Shown piece after piece: positions 47,564 to 57,466 of a DNA stretch of 64,000 nt. How positions within the stretch are numbered: position 1 is the stretch's first letter; the number at the start of each line of letters is the position of its first letter. Under the pieces are notes generated by a model, which was given only the letters and a program-made list of their open reading frames with translations, ran no database searches and was not told where the DNA came from. The position numbers and the translations under genes are program-made. The stretch is from positions 167,648-231,647 of IMG/VR virus record IMGVR_UViG_3300030616_000016. The stretch is one strand, 5' to 3'.

Positions 47564-49954
47564 ATGGCTTTTGCATTATCAAAGAAATATTTAGAGATGG
47601 CTAAGCAGGATGCTTTGACTCAGCTTGTAAATCATAGAAATCTTATGGGCAACAAGATGTCCGCTAAGCAGCGCGAAGAACTTGTGCGAAGGATGCGCGA
47701 GCAATATTCTGGTCAACAATCTTTTGCAAGTCGCGTTCAATCCGACAAGATCTCTTCTGTTAATATGAACTCTATGTTTCAGGCCGCCTTTGTTGACTTG
47801 CATGTTATTTATTCCGCATTAAATAGCATGGCTGGATCCAGAGAATATAGATCAAGAGAACTTGATAGTAAATATAACAAGATCAGAGGGCTAGTGTTTC
47901 GCTTATCAGAGGAAATTAAGAGGTTAGATATTATTAGACAGTATCCTGAATATGAGAATGTTACAACCTTTGATTTCAATGTGTCTTCTAATCGTTCTAC
48001 TGCTTTTCGTAAAGCACAGGTAACTGATAGCGGATACCTTAGACTGCAAAATGTTAGTAAAATAGATTTTACTAATGATGATGCATGTTCTGTTTCTGTT
48101 AACTATCTGACCAGCGGCTTGACATCTAATTCCGGTTTCAGTCCTTCTCTTATGGTCGATAACAATATCAACAGTTTTTGGTGTGGTACGGTATTATGTG
48201 ATAAGCCAATCACCAACTTTCCAGTCTCTTTAGAGAAAGACTATGAACTGAATGATCAGAGTGATTACACAGCCGGCGGCGCTGTTATATCTGTAGAGGT
48301 TACTCTAGATGCTGCTAGATGGACCAATAACATTCTTATATCTACCATAGGCAAATATCCCGTGAATATTATTCAGGCATCATATATGCCAGAACCTGAT
48401 AGTACATACAGAGAAGTACCTGGGTTCTCTGCAGTATCTCAAGACAACAATCAAATTGAACTTTTCTTTGAGCCTGTTCCAGTATATAAGATCAAGCTCC
48501 TAATTGAACAAAGAAATTACAACAGAGCAAGATACAATCTTCCTACCTCTGTTATTAGCAATAATGTTTTTTGGCAAGAAGTTTTAGATGCAGAGAGTGG
48601 TACTGGGCTTGTTGATCTGTCTGAAGACGTTAGTTCTCATATGCTATCTAATATACAAGCCATGTTGGAAGAAACGTCATATGACTATTCTAACTTTGAA
48701 ACGTCAGAGGGCGTTGGTAAGTTCCTGGAGATTATAGAATCCACTGTGGCAAAATACTCAAACAAAATAGATCATATATCTAGAGATATTTTGAGTAAGT
48801 ATAAGCACAGTTCTGAGTATGTTGATATATATAAAATTGAATACAATCTTGGTATTAAAGACATACAGATTTGCTCTACAGAATATATGAAGACTGGGTC
48901 ATGGGATAGCAAGGAAATGATTAATGCCGATGGTATACTTCAAGCAGAGATACTATCTACTGAAGTCCATCCTGTTATCTTTGTCAATGGAGAATACAGG
49001 CCAGCTACCAGCATCAATTATGATTTTGACTTTGGCCGCAATGTTGTCATCCCTGTTCTTCCTAAAAACTCTGTAGACAATAATAACGAGCTTATAGTAA
49101 AATCTGAGGTTCTTAGATTTGACAAAAGAAATCTAATTGCTAATACTAGATTTCCTGTTGATCTTGATAAGAATTATTCTGTCTATGCGGATAATGTTAA
49201 AGTAAAGACATTTGGTATAAAAGACAATACTAATTATGCTACAATAAGTATATCAGATGATGAGTTTGACCAGCACAAAACGTACTCAATAACGTACTAC
49301 CCTGGAGATAGAAGTGGCTACCCTGTTAGCAAGGTAAGATTAGATGAGCTACCATCTAAGGCTCTTTCTTCTCCTGTAGTATTTCATAACACTGGAGATA
49401 ATAACACCATACTTCTTCCATCTTTCCCTTATATAGAATACGGTGTTATAAACAGTTCGAAGTTCTTTAATAAACCCAATGAGTATGATGGTGTATGGAT
49501 ATATAGTGCAGCAAAGCCAACAGCCCTTGGCATGGACCAAAATGGCGATTTAGTAGCAGCATCTCAAGCCCAGATACAGTCTGGTACATATAGCAAATAT
49601 TTGATCGATGGCATTCACTATGGAAATATTGATTCATCAACAAGTTCTTATTACGAACCTATAAAGGTAACCATAGATGGATCCAAGGCTTATAACATAA
49701 CAGATTATATCGTTGGTCAAAACAAAATAATGCCTGAGACAACACAGCTGAATAGAAAGTTTCAATTTCTTCACTGGCGTAATAAGCTTATTTTTAATTG
49801 TGCTATATCAGATGCAAACATTGAAGTGCTATACTCGACTAAAGCAGAACATATTAAGCTAAAAGCCACACTCTTTAGCAACACAGGAGGAAGCTATAGC
49901 TTTACGCCATCAATAGACGATGTGTCTGTTCTTGTGAGGAGTAGATTTATATGA
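47564..49954 (+). CDS. Structural protein, paralog family A (coiled coil + discoidin/galactose-binding-like domain)
   Basis: Motifs GYLRL, MVDNNINSFW, EYNLGIKDIQI and C-terminal FTPSIDDVSV are shared with downstream genes. Confidence 0.6.
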   Translation: MAFALSKKYLEMAKQDALTQLVNHRNLMGNKMSAKQREELVRRMREQYSGQQSFASRVQSDKISSVNMNSMFQAAFVDLHVIYSALNSMAGSREYRSRELDSKYNKIRGLVFRLSEEIKRLDIIRQYPEYENVTTFDFNVSSNRSTAFRKAQVTDSGYLRLQNVSKIDFTNDDACSVSVNYLTSGLTSNSGFSPSLMVDNNINSFWCGTVLCDKPITNFPVSLEKDYELNDQSDYTAGGAVISVEVTLDAARWTNNILISTIGKYPVNIIQASYMPEPDSTYREVPGFSAVSQDNNQIELFFEPVPVYKIKLLIEQRNYNRARYNLPTSVISNNVFWQEVLDAESGTGLVDLSEDVSSHMLSNIQAMLEETSYDYSNFETSEGVGKFLEIIESTVAKYSNKIDHISRDILSKYKHSSEYVDIYKIEYNLGIKDIQICSTEYMKTGSWDSKEMINADGILQAEILSTEVHPVIFVNGEYRPATSINYDFDFGRNVVIPVLPKNSVDNNNELIVKSEVLRFDKRNLIANTRFPVDLDKNYSVYADNVKVKTFGIKDNTNYATISISDDEFDQHKTYSITYYPGDRSGYPVSKVRLDELPSKALSSPVVFHNTGDNNTILLPSFPYIEYGVINSSKFFNKPNEYDGVWIYSAAKPTALGMDQNGDLVAASQAQIQSGTYSKYLIDGIHYGNIDSSTSSYYEPIKVTIDGSKAYNITDYIVGQNKIMPETTQLNRKFQFLHWRNKLIFNCAISDANIEVLYSTKAEHIKLKATLFSNTGGSYSFTPSIDDVSVLVRSRFI

Positions 49955-51363
49955 ACAAATTATTCTTAGATACAAATTATTCTTTTATAATTCCAAGGCT
50001 TAGTGAGCTTCATAGGTTTATTAGATACAAAGACACGTCTGATGTTAACTCTATGACCGCAGAGGATATATCTAATATTTATCGTCTTATCGGTAAAATG
50101 CAAAAGCCCATGTTTGTTCCTCTAAATTTGAGCTCTATGGATAGACCTACGTCTAAAGACTTCAATGATGAAATGAAACATCTTGAAGGTGACATTGCTG
50201 TGTGCTATCAAGGCATTAAAGACAATACCAAGAATATGAATCTTGAGTTCAACTCCATCTCTACAGATATTGATGATATGATTGAGACAGCTCAAAAAAT
50301 GTTCGAAACGGTAGAGTCCATTAATATAAGCAATGACAAAGACGATGCGGCCACTGTGGTAACTGGTGATGATTTTAATGATGGTAATATGATAGATACC
50401 GAATATGGCTTAGATGCAGACATGTGCCATCTTGATATAGGACAAGGCGGTATTACACTACCATTAAATTCTGAAACTCAGATAAATATAAGCCAAGCCT
50501 CAGTCAAAATAGCTAACGTCAATAAAGACAAAGAAGGTCCTTATGATAAAGGACCTGAGCCTATCAACTTCTTCTATGAAGGTCAGTTTTATGGCAAGAC
50601 CGGAGAAGCTATGCCAGAGGGTGGTTCTTGGGATATAGAAGTTGTTGAGTCAGATGATTCCATACCTTATGACGATAGACTCTTACTTAACACAGTACGC
50701 GGTGACAACAACGACGAAAACCCATCGTTTATAATAGGCTTGCTAAATGGTACGACAATACTAAAAAACAACTCACAGATAACAACACCCAACTTTAGCG
50801 CATCTATTAGTAAACCTCCAGAAGCTAATCTTATGCGATCAAGGATGGCTATGCTAGACAACAATCCTGATACATTCTGGCAGTGCGAGTGGGTTTTTAG
50901 GCCTGGTGTCACAGAGGACGACAATGTTAGGTTAGAGAATATATCTTCAAACTTTCTTGAAGTTACATTGACTATAGACTTAGGTCAGCATTTTAGGATA
51001 AATAAAATCAAGTTAGACCCTGTAGTCTTTGGAGCAAGAGACGATATCGTTATTACTAGAGTAACAACTTCTCGCTCAAGAGATGAATTACCAAAACCTC
51101 TTGATTTTCAAGGGTTTGGTGTTTATAATGAACAGATAACAGATAATAGCAATATCTCTATTGACGATATTGCATATGATGGATCCATATCTCCAGTTGG
51201 GCTAGATAGGAACTGGGGTTGTTCTTGGATATTTGAAATGAGAGAAATTAGATTCATAAACATGACAATAAGACAAAACTCGTTTTATGTTACTCCATAT
51301 CAGACCAAGGAAATTTTCATGTCTAGAACTGCTACTGCCGTTTCTTCACTGGAGGAAGTATGA
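49951..51363 (+). CDS. Structural protein, paralog family A, N-terminal half
   Basis: FNDEMKHLEGDIAVCY, GDDFND, GGITLP, MLDNNPDTFW, LTIDLG, IRFINMTIRQ. Confidence 0.62.
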   Translation: MNKLFLDTNYSFIIPRLSELHRFIRYKDTSDVNSMTAEDISNIYRLIGKMQKPMFVPLNLSSMDRPTSKDFNDEMKHLEGDIAVCYQGIKDNTKNMNLEFNSISTDIDDMIETAQKMFETVESINISNDKDDAATVVTGDDFNDGNMIDTEYGLDADMCHLDIGQGGITLPLNSETQINISQASVKIANVNKDKEGPYDKGPEPINFFYEGQFYGKTGEAMPEGGSWDIEVVESDDSIPYDDRLLLNTVRGDNNDENPSFIIGLLNGTTILKNNSQITTPNFSASISKPPEANLMRSRMAMLDNNPDTFWQCEWVFRPGVTEDDNVRLENISSNFLEVTLTIDLGQHFRINKIKLDPVVFGARDDIVITRVTTSRSRDELPKPLDFQGFGVYNEQITDNSNISIDDIAYDGSISPVGLDRNWGCSWIFEMREIRFINMTIRQNSFYVTPYQTKEIFMSRTATAVSSLEEV

Positions 51364-52040
51364 ATACAAAACAGCAAGTAACCAGAAGTGGCAATAAAAT
51401 AGTAAAGTTCAACTACCTTCAAACTATCGCTGCTTCTTTGGATGACTTTGATCTTAAAGAAAATATAGGCGTAACAGATGGCGGTAATTATTCTCATACT
51501 GTTCATCTTCCTAATCAAGCTCTTGCCAAAACAGGTAAGACGCTGTATAAAGTTATGGGTGCAGCAGATACTGGATGGCAGATAGATAATATTACTGACT
51601 CTATAAGCGAGAATGTCGCAAGATTTCCAATTGGCATAAGAGATATCTATCTTGGCTCTACAAAATATGCGGCCAAAGGCCAGATAGTCACAAAGCCATT
51701 TGAATTCCCTGGTAGTATTGCAAGCGTCCAATTGCATTTAAACTCTTTTATACCATCTGGTTATGATAGAAATTCAAACTGGATTCAGTCTTTTATAATA
51801 GCAGAGTCCAGTAAAATAGAGATAAGACCTGTGAATAGCTTATATGGCTCAGACGAGTCTGTGCCTACCAAGATATATTTTAACAGAGAGCCTGATCAAG
51901 AAGAGAAGCTATCTGAACGAGTAGACACAGAAAGTCCTGTGAACAGGTTACGCGCTGCATTTACTATTTCAAGACCTGGAGATAACGAAAACTCTTCTCC
52001 AATCGTTAAAGGCTTCAGGTTCAAGGTTGAGTTGCTATGA
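51360..52040 (+). CDS. Structural protein, paralog family A, C-terminal half
   Basis: RFPIGIRDIYL...GQIVTKPF and C-terminal SSPIVKGFRF. Has its own GGAGG RBS and an ATGA overlap. Confidence 0.62.
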   Translation: MNTKQQVTRSGNKIVKFNYLQTIAASLDDFDLKENIGVTDGGNYSHTVHLPNQALAKTGKTLYKVMGAADTGWQIDNITDSISENVARFPIGIRDIYLGSTKYAAKGQIVTKPFEFPGSIASVQLHLNSFIPSGYDRNSNWIQSFIIAESSKIEIRPVNSLYGSDESVPTKIYFNREPDQEEKLSERVDTESPVNRLRAAFTISRPGDNENSSPIVKGFRFKVELL

Positions 52041-55000
52041 TCAGTGATACACAATTACAACTTGCTATAAATAAGTCCTACAACGAATTGCTTCCTAAAG
52101 GCAGTGTTCCTCATCCTTATGTTGTGATGAGCAATGCTATGAAGAGGTTTATTGGTGTGCCCAAGTCTTATCCAACAGCCAATCTATTTATGCTAAATAG
52201 AAAGCGTAAGTTTGATAGACAAATGTTTAACAAGTTTATGGATTCTGTAGGATTTGATCTTGAAGTAGCATACTCTGAGATTATATCGTGGTATCAGGAG
52301 GCTATTAACTCTGTACTATCAAGAAATCTGAGCCTGTCATATTTGAGATCTAAGCTTAACGACAACAGAAAATCTATTGATGCTATTCAAAAATCAATTG
52401 CTCATCAGGGTTATGTGCGTGCGTTTGTTGATTCTTTTGATAACACTAACAACATCAATCAAACAGAAACTACAGCAGACACAGACTCAGAACTTGGAAT
52501 TGCTACTCTTGCTGCCAGTCAACAACATACAAATAGAATTAGCATGCGTCATCTGTATAAAGTGTTTTCTCCTAATCTAAAACTAGAGGGCCTTCCTGCC
52601 ACCGCTGTTTTAAGAAATTCTCCGGTTGAGGATCACGGGTTTGACAACGCTCTTATTGATACAGAATCTTCTTGGCTTCAGTCTATTGTTCTTGATTCAT
52701 ACAGCGGGCCAATATCAGCAATTCTTGATATACCTCTAGCAGAAAATGGATCCGTTGATATATCTTTGGTAGAACTTCTGCCAAAAAGAAACAATAAATC
52801 CAGTATAGAAGTTTTTACTAGCGCTGATGGTCAAAACTTTGTACGCTTTGGCCCTGCTTCTTCGTCCAGAGATAGAAGCGTGTCCTTTCATGGCAGTTCT
52901 ACAGCCAGCATATTAAGAATCAAATTTAACAAGCCAAACTATGATTATGCTGGAGATGGTAAGTTCGAATATGTCTTTGGTCTAAAGTATCTTAGAGTTT
53001 TCAATGTTGTATATAGCCAAAATGCTTCTATTGTTTCCAATGCATACACTATTGACGACAATCATAGTATATCCAAGGTGACACTAGAAGCTGATGAGTA
53101 TATTCCACAAGGCACTGATATTGATTATTATATCAAGGTTTTTGGATCAGAAGAGTCTGAATGGTCCAAGATATGCCCTGCTAATAGAAATCAAGAAGAT
53201 GGCCCCAAGGAACTTCTGGTTGGGCCTTCTAGGAATGTAAGTGATTCTATTATAGTAAATTCCGGCGTTATAGAAAGCAACAAGAATGGAATGAAGTTTT
53301 ATAACATTGGAAGTATTCCAGATGATAGGAGCTTGGATTACAAATCGCTTTCTTTATACAGAGGAATAAATGCCTGGAGGCTTGGGTTTGATAAAAACAT
53401 AGCCCACAAGATTGCTAAAGACATATACATAAACTTTAATTATCAAACTCCAGATGGCAAGCAGAGAATCTATGCTTATAGATCAAATGATGCTGATATT
53501 ATTTCAAGCGGCAAACTATTAAATGATAATACTAGACCGCAGGCTGCAATACGCGTTCCTCATAAAATTAACTATAACATGGCTAGTATGACCCTTACAC
53601 CTACAGAAACTAGTCAGCACTTTGTTTATGAGCCTAATTATGCTATAGCCTCTGTTAGAAGACATATGGCTGGGCAAGCAGCCGGCTATTCAACAGACAA
53701 CTCAGAGATACGTGGTAATCGGATGAGATTTGAGTCTAGTGGCCAGGATACATACTTAACAAAGCCTCAAATCAAGCTACTTTCTAATGCCATATCTGAT
53801 GTTATTGACAACAGCATCCCAAACGCTAGCTTTACTCAAACCTCTATTACAAGCCATCTTCAGGTTTATTCATATACAGATTCATCTAATCCAGAACAGA
53901 TAACTGTAATGGAGAAATCATCTGATGGTAGTATTATTGTGGCAGAAAATAGATATAAGGTGCTTGGAACATATTCTGTGACAGATAATGGCGCCATTAA
54001 ATATCCATCTACGTCAGAATTTATAGAAGAGAATGGTCACCAAATATTGAAGGTTGTTGATCCTACATCTACTCCAGAACTTCCATCTGGTCAATCAAGT
54101 ATTGTAAGCGACTGGGCCGCGTTCACAGCTCATTTCTCATCTGCCTCTTCTGACATCTATGTGTTATATGCCAGTCTTGCTTCTAATCCTACAGCTACTC
54201 TCGCTGCTTCTGTGTCCGATGGGTTTATTCTTGTACCAAACTTTCAGCATTCGCAAGTCGATCCAACTATGTTTCAAGATATGAATTTCCCCGTGTCTGT
54301 ATATATCAATACAGCAGACGGAGTTATAGATGATAATTTTACAGCCACTGGAGTTACTAAGGCCACTATTAGCAAAACACTTACTGATGGATCCACGGAG
54401 ATTGGCTATGTAGATGCTCTGATTATTAACAGAAGCGGAGCAAAATCTAGTATTCCGCCAATACAGTCTTCTAATATTAAGACATGGTATATTCTATCAT
54501 CTGATATAACCAATTACGTTGAAAGAATTAATAATGATATTATCACATTCAAAACTGGTCTAGAATTTGATTATGATGACGAGGTCATTGTTAACTATCG
54601 CGCACAGTTTGGTGACAAACTAAAGGTTATTGAGGATAGCGTTGTTCTCAAACCTGAGCCTGGTAGCAGTGTAGTATATCAGCTTGATAAGGATTATAGA
54701 ATAGACCCAGATGAAGGAACTATAAGCATGGTTTCCAGCGGTGCAATTAATAGAGGAAACGTTGGAAAGGTTTATTTATCAATGAATTACACAGAAGAGT
54801 TCAATGACCTTTACATATATGCATCATGGATGCACTCACCTAAAAGCTCTACGATTGATATAAATAGATTTGGAGGATATGTGTCAGAAAACGCATCTGA
54901 TTCTGACAAGGCCGCTGTTAATATAGACATCAATTATGATTCTGGTGAAGTTATCATAATCGATAATAAACAGATAGACAAAAGCTCTTCTGTTGACTTA

Positions 55001-55585
55001 GAAGAAGGCTGGCATAAGATTATCATCAAGACTCCAGATGTAAGTAGAGCAAAGAAGATTATGACGGCTGTTGATTCAGAAGGTAGTTATATCTTCTTTG
55101 CTGGCAAATACTTTGACCAGGCCAGAGCATATAAAGATCCACTGAGATATCTTAGCCCTGATGTATTTTATGATGCCAATAGACTAGGCAATCCAAAGTA
55201 TTTCACAATCGAATCTGATAACTCTATCATTATCTCTTTTAATCCAGGAGATAATGCTATTACTAACAACAAGTTATACAAGGTTTACAAAGGTGAACTG
55301 ACTTCAGGTATGTTTTCTGGAAATCTTATTACAAATCCTGAAAATATTCCTATCATTTTTGAACAATTTATGATACAATATAAGTATCTACCAACTGTAG
55401 CTGGATTCGCTGCAGATGTTGCTGTTGACGCTAGTACTTACAGCACAAATGGCTTTTTACCAGCCACCAGAAATAGATACGTTATTGACAAGGTTTATAT
55501 TAAGGCGGAACTCAATAGATTAAATGGACAGCCGGCAAATAAAACCCCGGTTCTTTTCGGATATAAATTAATGGCAGAGGGTTAA
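52037..55585 (+). CDS. Large structural protein, paralog family A
   Basis: FNKFMDSVGFDLEVAY, DSFDN, GIATL, NALIDTESSW, EYVFGLKYL...ASIVSNAY, C-terminal KTPVLFGYKL. Confidence 0.62.
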   Translation: MISDTQLQLAINKSYNELLPKGSVPHPYVVMSNAMKRFIGVPKSYPTANLFMLNRKRKFDRQMFNKFMDSVGFDLEVAYSEIISWYQEAINSVLSRNLSLSYLRSKLNDNRKSIDAIQKSIAHQGYVRAFVDSFDNTNNINQTETTADTDSELGIATLAASQQHTNRISMRHLYKVFSPNLKLEGLPATAVLRNSPVEDHGFDNALIDTESSWLQSIVLDSYSGPISAILDIPLAENGSVDISLVELLPKRNNKSSIEVFTSADGQNFVRFGPASSSRDRSVSFHGSSTASILRIKFNKPNYDYAGDGKFEYVFGLKYLRVFNVVYSQNASIVSNAYTIDDNHSISKVTLEADEYIPQGTDIDYYIKVFGSEESEWSKICPANRNQEDGPKELLVGPSRNVSDSIIVNSGVIESNKNGMKFYNIGSIPDDRSLDYKSLSLYRGINAWRLGFDKNIAHKIAKDIYINFNYQTPDGKQRIYAYRSNDADIISSGKLLNDNTRPQAAIRVPHKINYNMASMTLTPTETSQHFVYEPNYAIASVRRHMAGQAAGYSTDNSEIRGNRMRFESSGQDTYLTKPQIKLLSNAISDVIDNSIPNASFTQTSITSHLQVYSYTDSSNPEQITVMEKSSDGSIIVAENRYKVLGTYSVTDNGAIKYPSTSEFIEENGHQILKVVDPTSTPELPSGQSSIVSDWAAFTAHFSSASSDIYVLYASLASNPTATLAASVSDGFILVPNFQHSQVDPTMFQDMNFPVSVYINTADGVIDDNFTATGVTKATISKTLTDGSTEIGYVDALIINRSGAKSSIPPIQSSNIKTWYILSSDITNYVERINNDIITFKTGLEFDYDDEVIVNYRAQFGDKLKVIEDSVVLKPEPGSSVVYQLDKDYRIDPDEGTISMVSSGAINRGNVGKVYLSMNYTEEFNDLYIYASWMHSPKSSTIDINRFGGYVSENASDSDKAAVNIDINYDSGEVIIIDNKQIDKSSSVDLEEGWHKIIIKTPDVSRAKKIMTAVDSEGSYIFFAGKYFDQARAYKDPLRYLSPDVFYDANRLGNPKYFTIESDNSIIISFNPGDNAITNNKLYKVYKGELTSGMFSGNLITNPENIPIIFEQFMIQYKYLPTVAGFAADVAVDASTYSTNGFLPATRNRYVIDKVYIKAELNRLNGQPANKTPVLFGYKLMAEG

Positions 55586-55587
55586 TT

Positions 55588-56883
55588 ATGGCAACTGTAA
55601 CAAAAAGAGCTATACCTTTTAGAGGACAAAACAAATCATCAACCCATAGAGATTTCCAAGATGAGGTTGTTAATGATATAATAGCAGCTGAGGCCGATAG
55701 AGCTGCAAACGCTTCTGCTATCAATAATGTTCTTACCGTTTTATCTAAAGAGATGTCTGCTGTTAAGGCATATCTTGCTGAAATGGATGAGAAAGACACT
55801 TATTTCAGAAATCTTTCAACAAATACTGAGCTTGAATATACATATGGATTTAACAGCTCTAAAGATGTGATTTATCATGATGATACCCCAAATGCTAGGA
55901 GATGTATACTCGATGCTGAGTTTGGCGAGCTGCTTCCTCCTAGAAATAATATCGAGAATATGTTCTATAAAGCGTCGCTAGATATGGATGGCGTTGTATA
56001 CCCTAGAAATATATCTTATAGTCTTACTACCGATGAGCCCGCAAGTGCTGAGGTTGATATAGGCGATGTACGCAATGCCTTCAATGGCAACAATATGTCT
56101 CATTGGATTAGAAAGGTTACTCTTCCTATTGAGTCCGACGTTACAAGCGTATCTATGACTCTCACTGTATCAGTGCCTTCAGGTCAGGTGTTTCAACCAA
56201 ATGAAATGTATGTTCTTCCGTTCCCATATAAGGATGTTGAGATAACCAATCTTGAATACGCCACTGATCTGACAGACAATTTTAGAAGTGCTGGAGAACT
56301 TGATAATAGATATGGCAGAAGTGCTGGCGATGGCACAGTTGAGTTTATTCCTATGTATGGCGCTTCTCCATTCATGCTACACTTTTCACCAACTAATATA
56401 GCTCAAATACGCATAACAATAAAACAAGACCATTGGAAAGAAGAGAATGGATACAAGGTGTTTTGTTATGGCGCCCAAGAAATAGGCCTTAGATTTGTAG
56501 ACTATGACAAGACAGACGATCCTGATACGTTTAATCACGAATCAAATAACAATGCGATAATCAAAGTCAATGCTCCGTCTGGATACTATTTCAATCAGCT
56601 TACTTATCTCAAGGCAGAGCCCTGGGATTCAAGTTTTGAGAGCGTCAGATGGCAGGTTGCTACAGACGAAGATTTTACTAATGTTATTTGGAATAATACA
56701 ATGACATTACCACAGGCTAGCTCAGCATCTATTGTTAGTATATCAACAGCTTCTTCTAGTCTATATGTTAAAGTATTGCCTCTTTTTATTAGTGGGTCTC
56801 CTTCAGCGTCCTCGCCATTCTATCCAAACTCACCATCATTTGTAGATATTTTTGCTATGCGATATACACTTAGAAATGCATAG
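55588..56883 (+). CDS. Structural protein, paralog family A (short member)
   Basis: GELLPP, NAFNGNNMSHW, QIRITIKQ, FCYGAQEIGL. Confidence 0.6.
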   Translation: MATVTKRAIPFRGQNKSSTHRDFQDEVVNDIIAAEADRAANASAINNVLTVLSKEMSAVKAYLAEMDEKDTYFRNLSTNTELEYTYGFNSSKDVIYHDDTPNARRCILDAEFGELLPPRNNIENMFYKASLDMDGVVYPRNISYSLTTDEPASAEVDIGDVRNAFNGNNMSHWIRKVTLPIESDVTSVSMTLTVSVPSGQVFQPNEMYVLPFPYKDVEITNLEYATDLTDNFRSAGELDNRYGRSAGDGTVEFIPMYGASPFMLHFSPTNIAQIRITIKQDHWKEENGYKVFCYGAQEIGLRFVDYDKTDDPDTFNHESNNNAIIKVNAPSGYYFNQLTYLKAEPWDSSFESVRWQVATDEDFTNVIWNNTMTLPQASSASIVSISTASSSLYVKVLPLFISGSPSASSPFYPNSPSFVDIFAMRYTLRNA

Positions 56884-56915
56884 TTATTTATAATTTTTAT
56901 TTATGGAGTAATATC

Positions 56916-57443
56916 ATGACAAAGGCAGAACTTTTAGCGGATCTTGCTACACAGTGCAAGACCATTCTTAGTACTGAATGCGTTGAGACTATTGGAGATG
57001 TAAATCGTTATATTTCTAATGTCTTTACCCTCGGGCAAGATACGAATGGACAACCAATAGCACAGAAGCGTAATGTTAATTGGTATGTGTATGATGAGGG
57101 CGGCGCAGGTGAAGAAGCTGCATATGGCGATAAAGATTTTGTTAATCCGGAAGATAAGAATCCAACCGGTTCAGATTTGATGGATATCAATGGTATTTAT
57201 AATAATGCCGATCTACGCAAGAGAGTTACTGGCGTTATTTGTAAGAATATTCGTACTACAGAAGATGATGCCGTCAGTACAGCATGGACAGAAAAGAGCA
57301 GCGGTATTTTAGATTTGTTCATGGCATGGGTTGCCTCTAATGCAACCATTCAGGCTAATGGTGGATCGGCAAGTGATAGTGACCTTGAGTATGTTGTTAT
57401 TACAGAGGCATGGTCCAATGTAGTAACGGCATTAGGGAGCTAA
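56916..57443 (+). CDS. Hypothetical protein
   Basis: 175 aa with a GGAG RBS after an AT-rich spacer. Confidence 0.6.
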   Translation: MTKAELLADLATQCKTILSTECVETIGDVNRYISNVFTLGQDTNGQPIAQKRNVNWYVYDEGGAGEEAAYGDKDFVNPEDKNPTGSDLMDINGIYNNADLRKRVTGVICKNIRTTEDDAVSTAWTEKSSGILDLFMAWVASNATIQANGGSASDSDLEYVVITEAWSNVVTALGS

Positions 57444-57466
57444 GGCAACTACTTGAGGGTTGTTAG

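Noticed and set aside
56860-56915. Promoter before the 175-aa gene (TATAAT at 56889)
   Set aside because: There is no credible -35 element at 16-18 nt spacing, and the AT-rich spacer makes a chance match likely.
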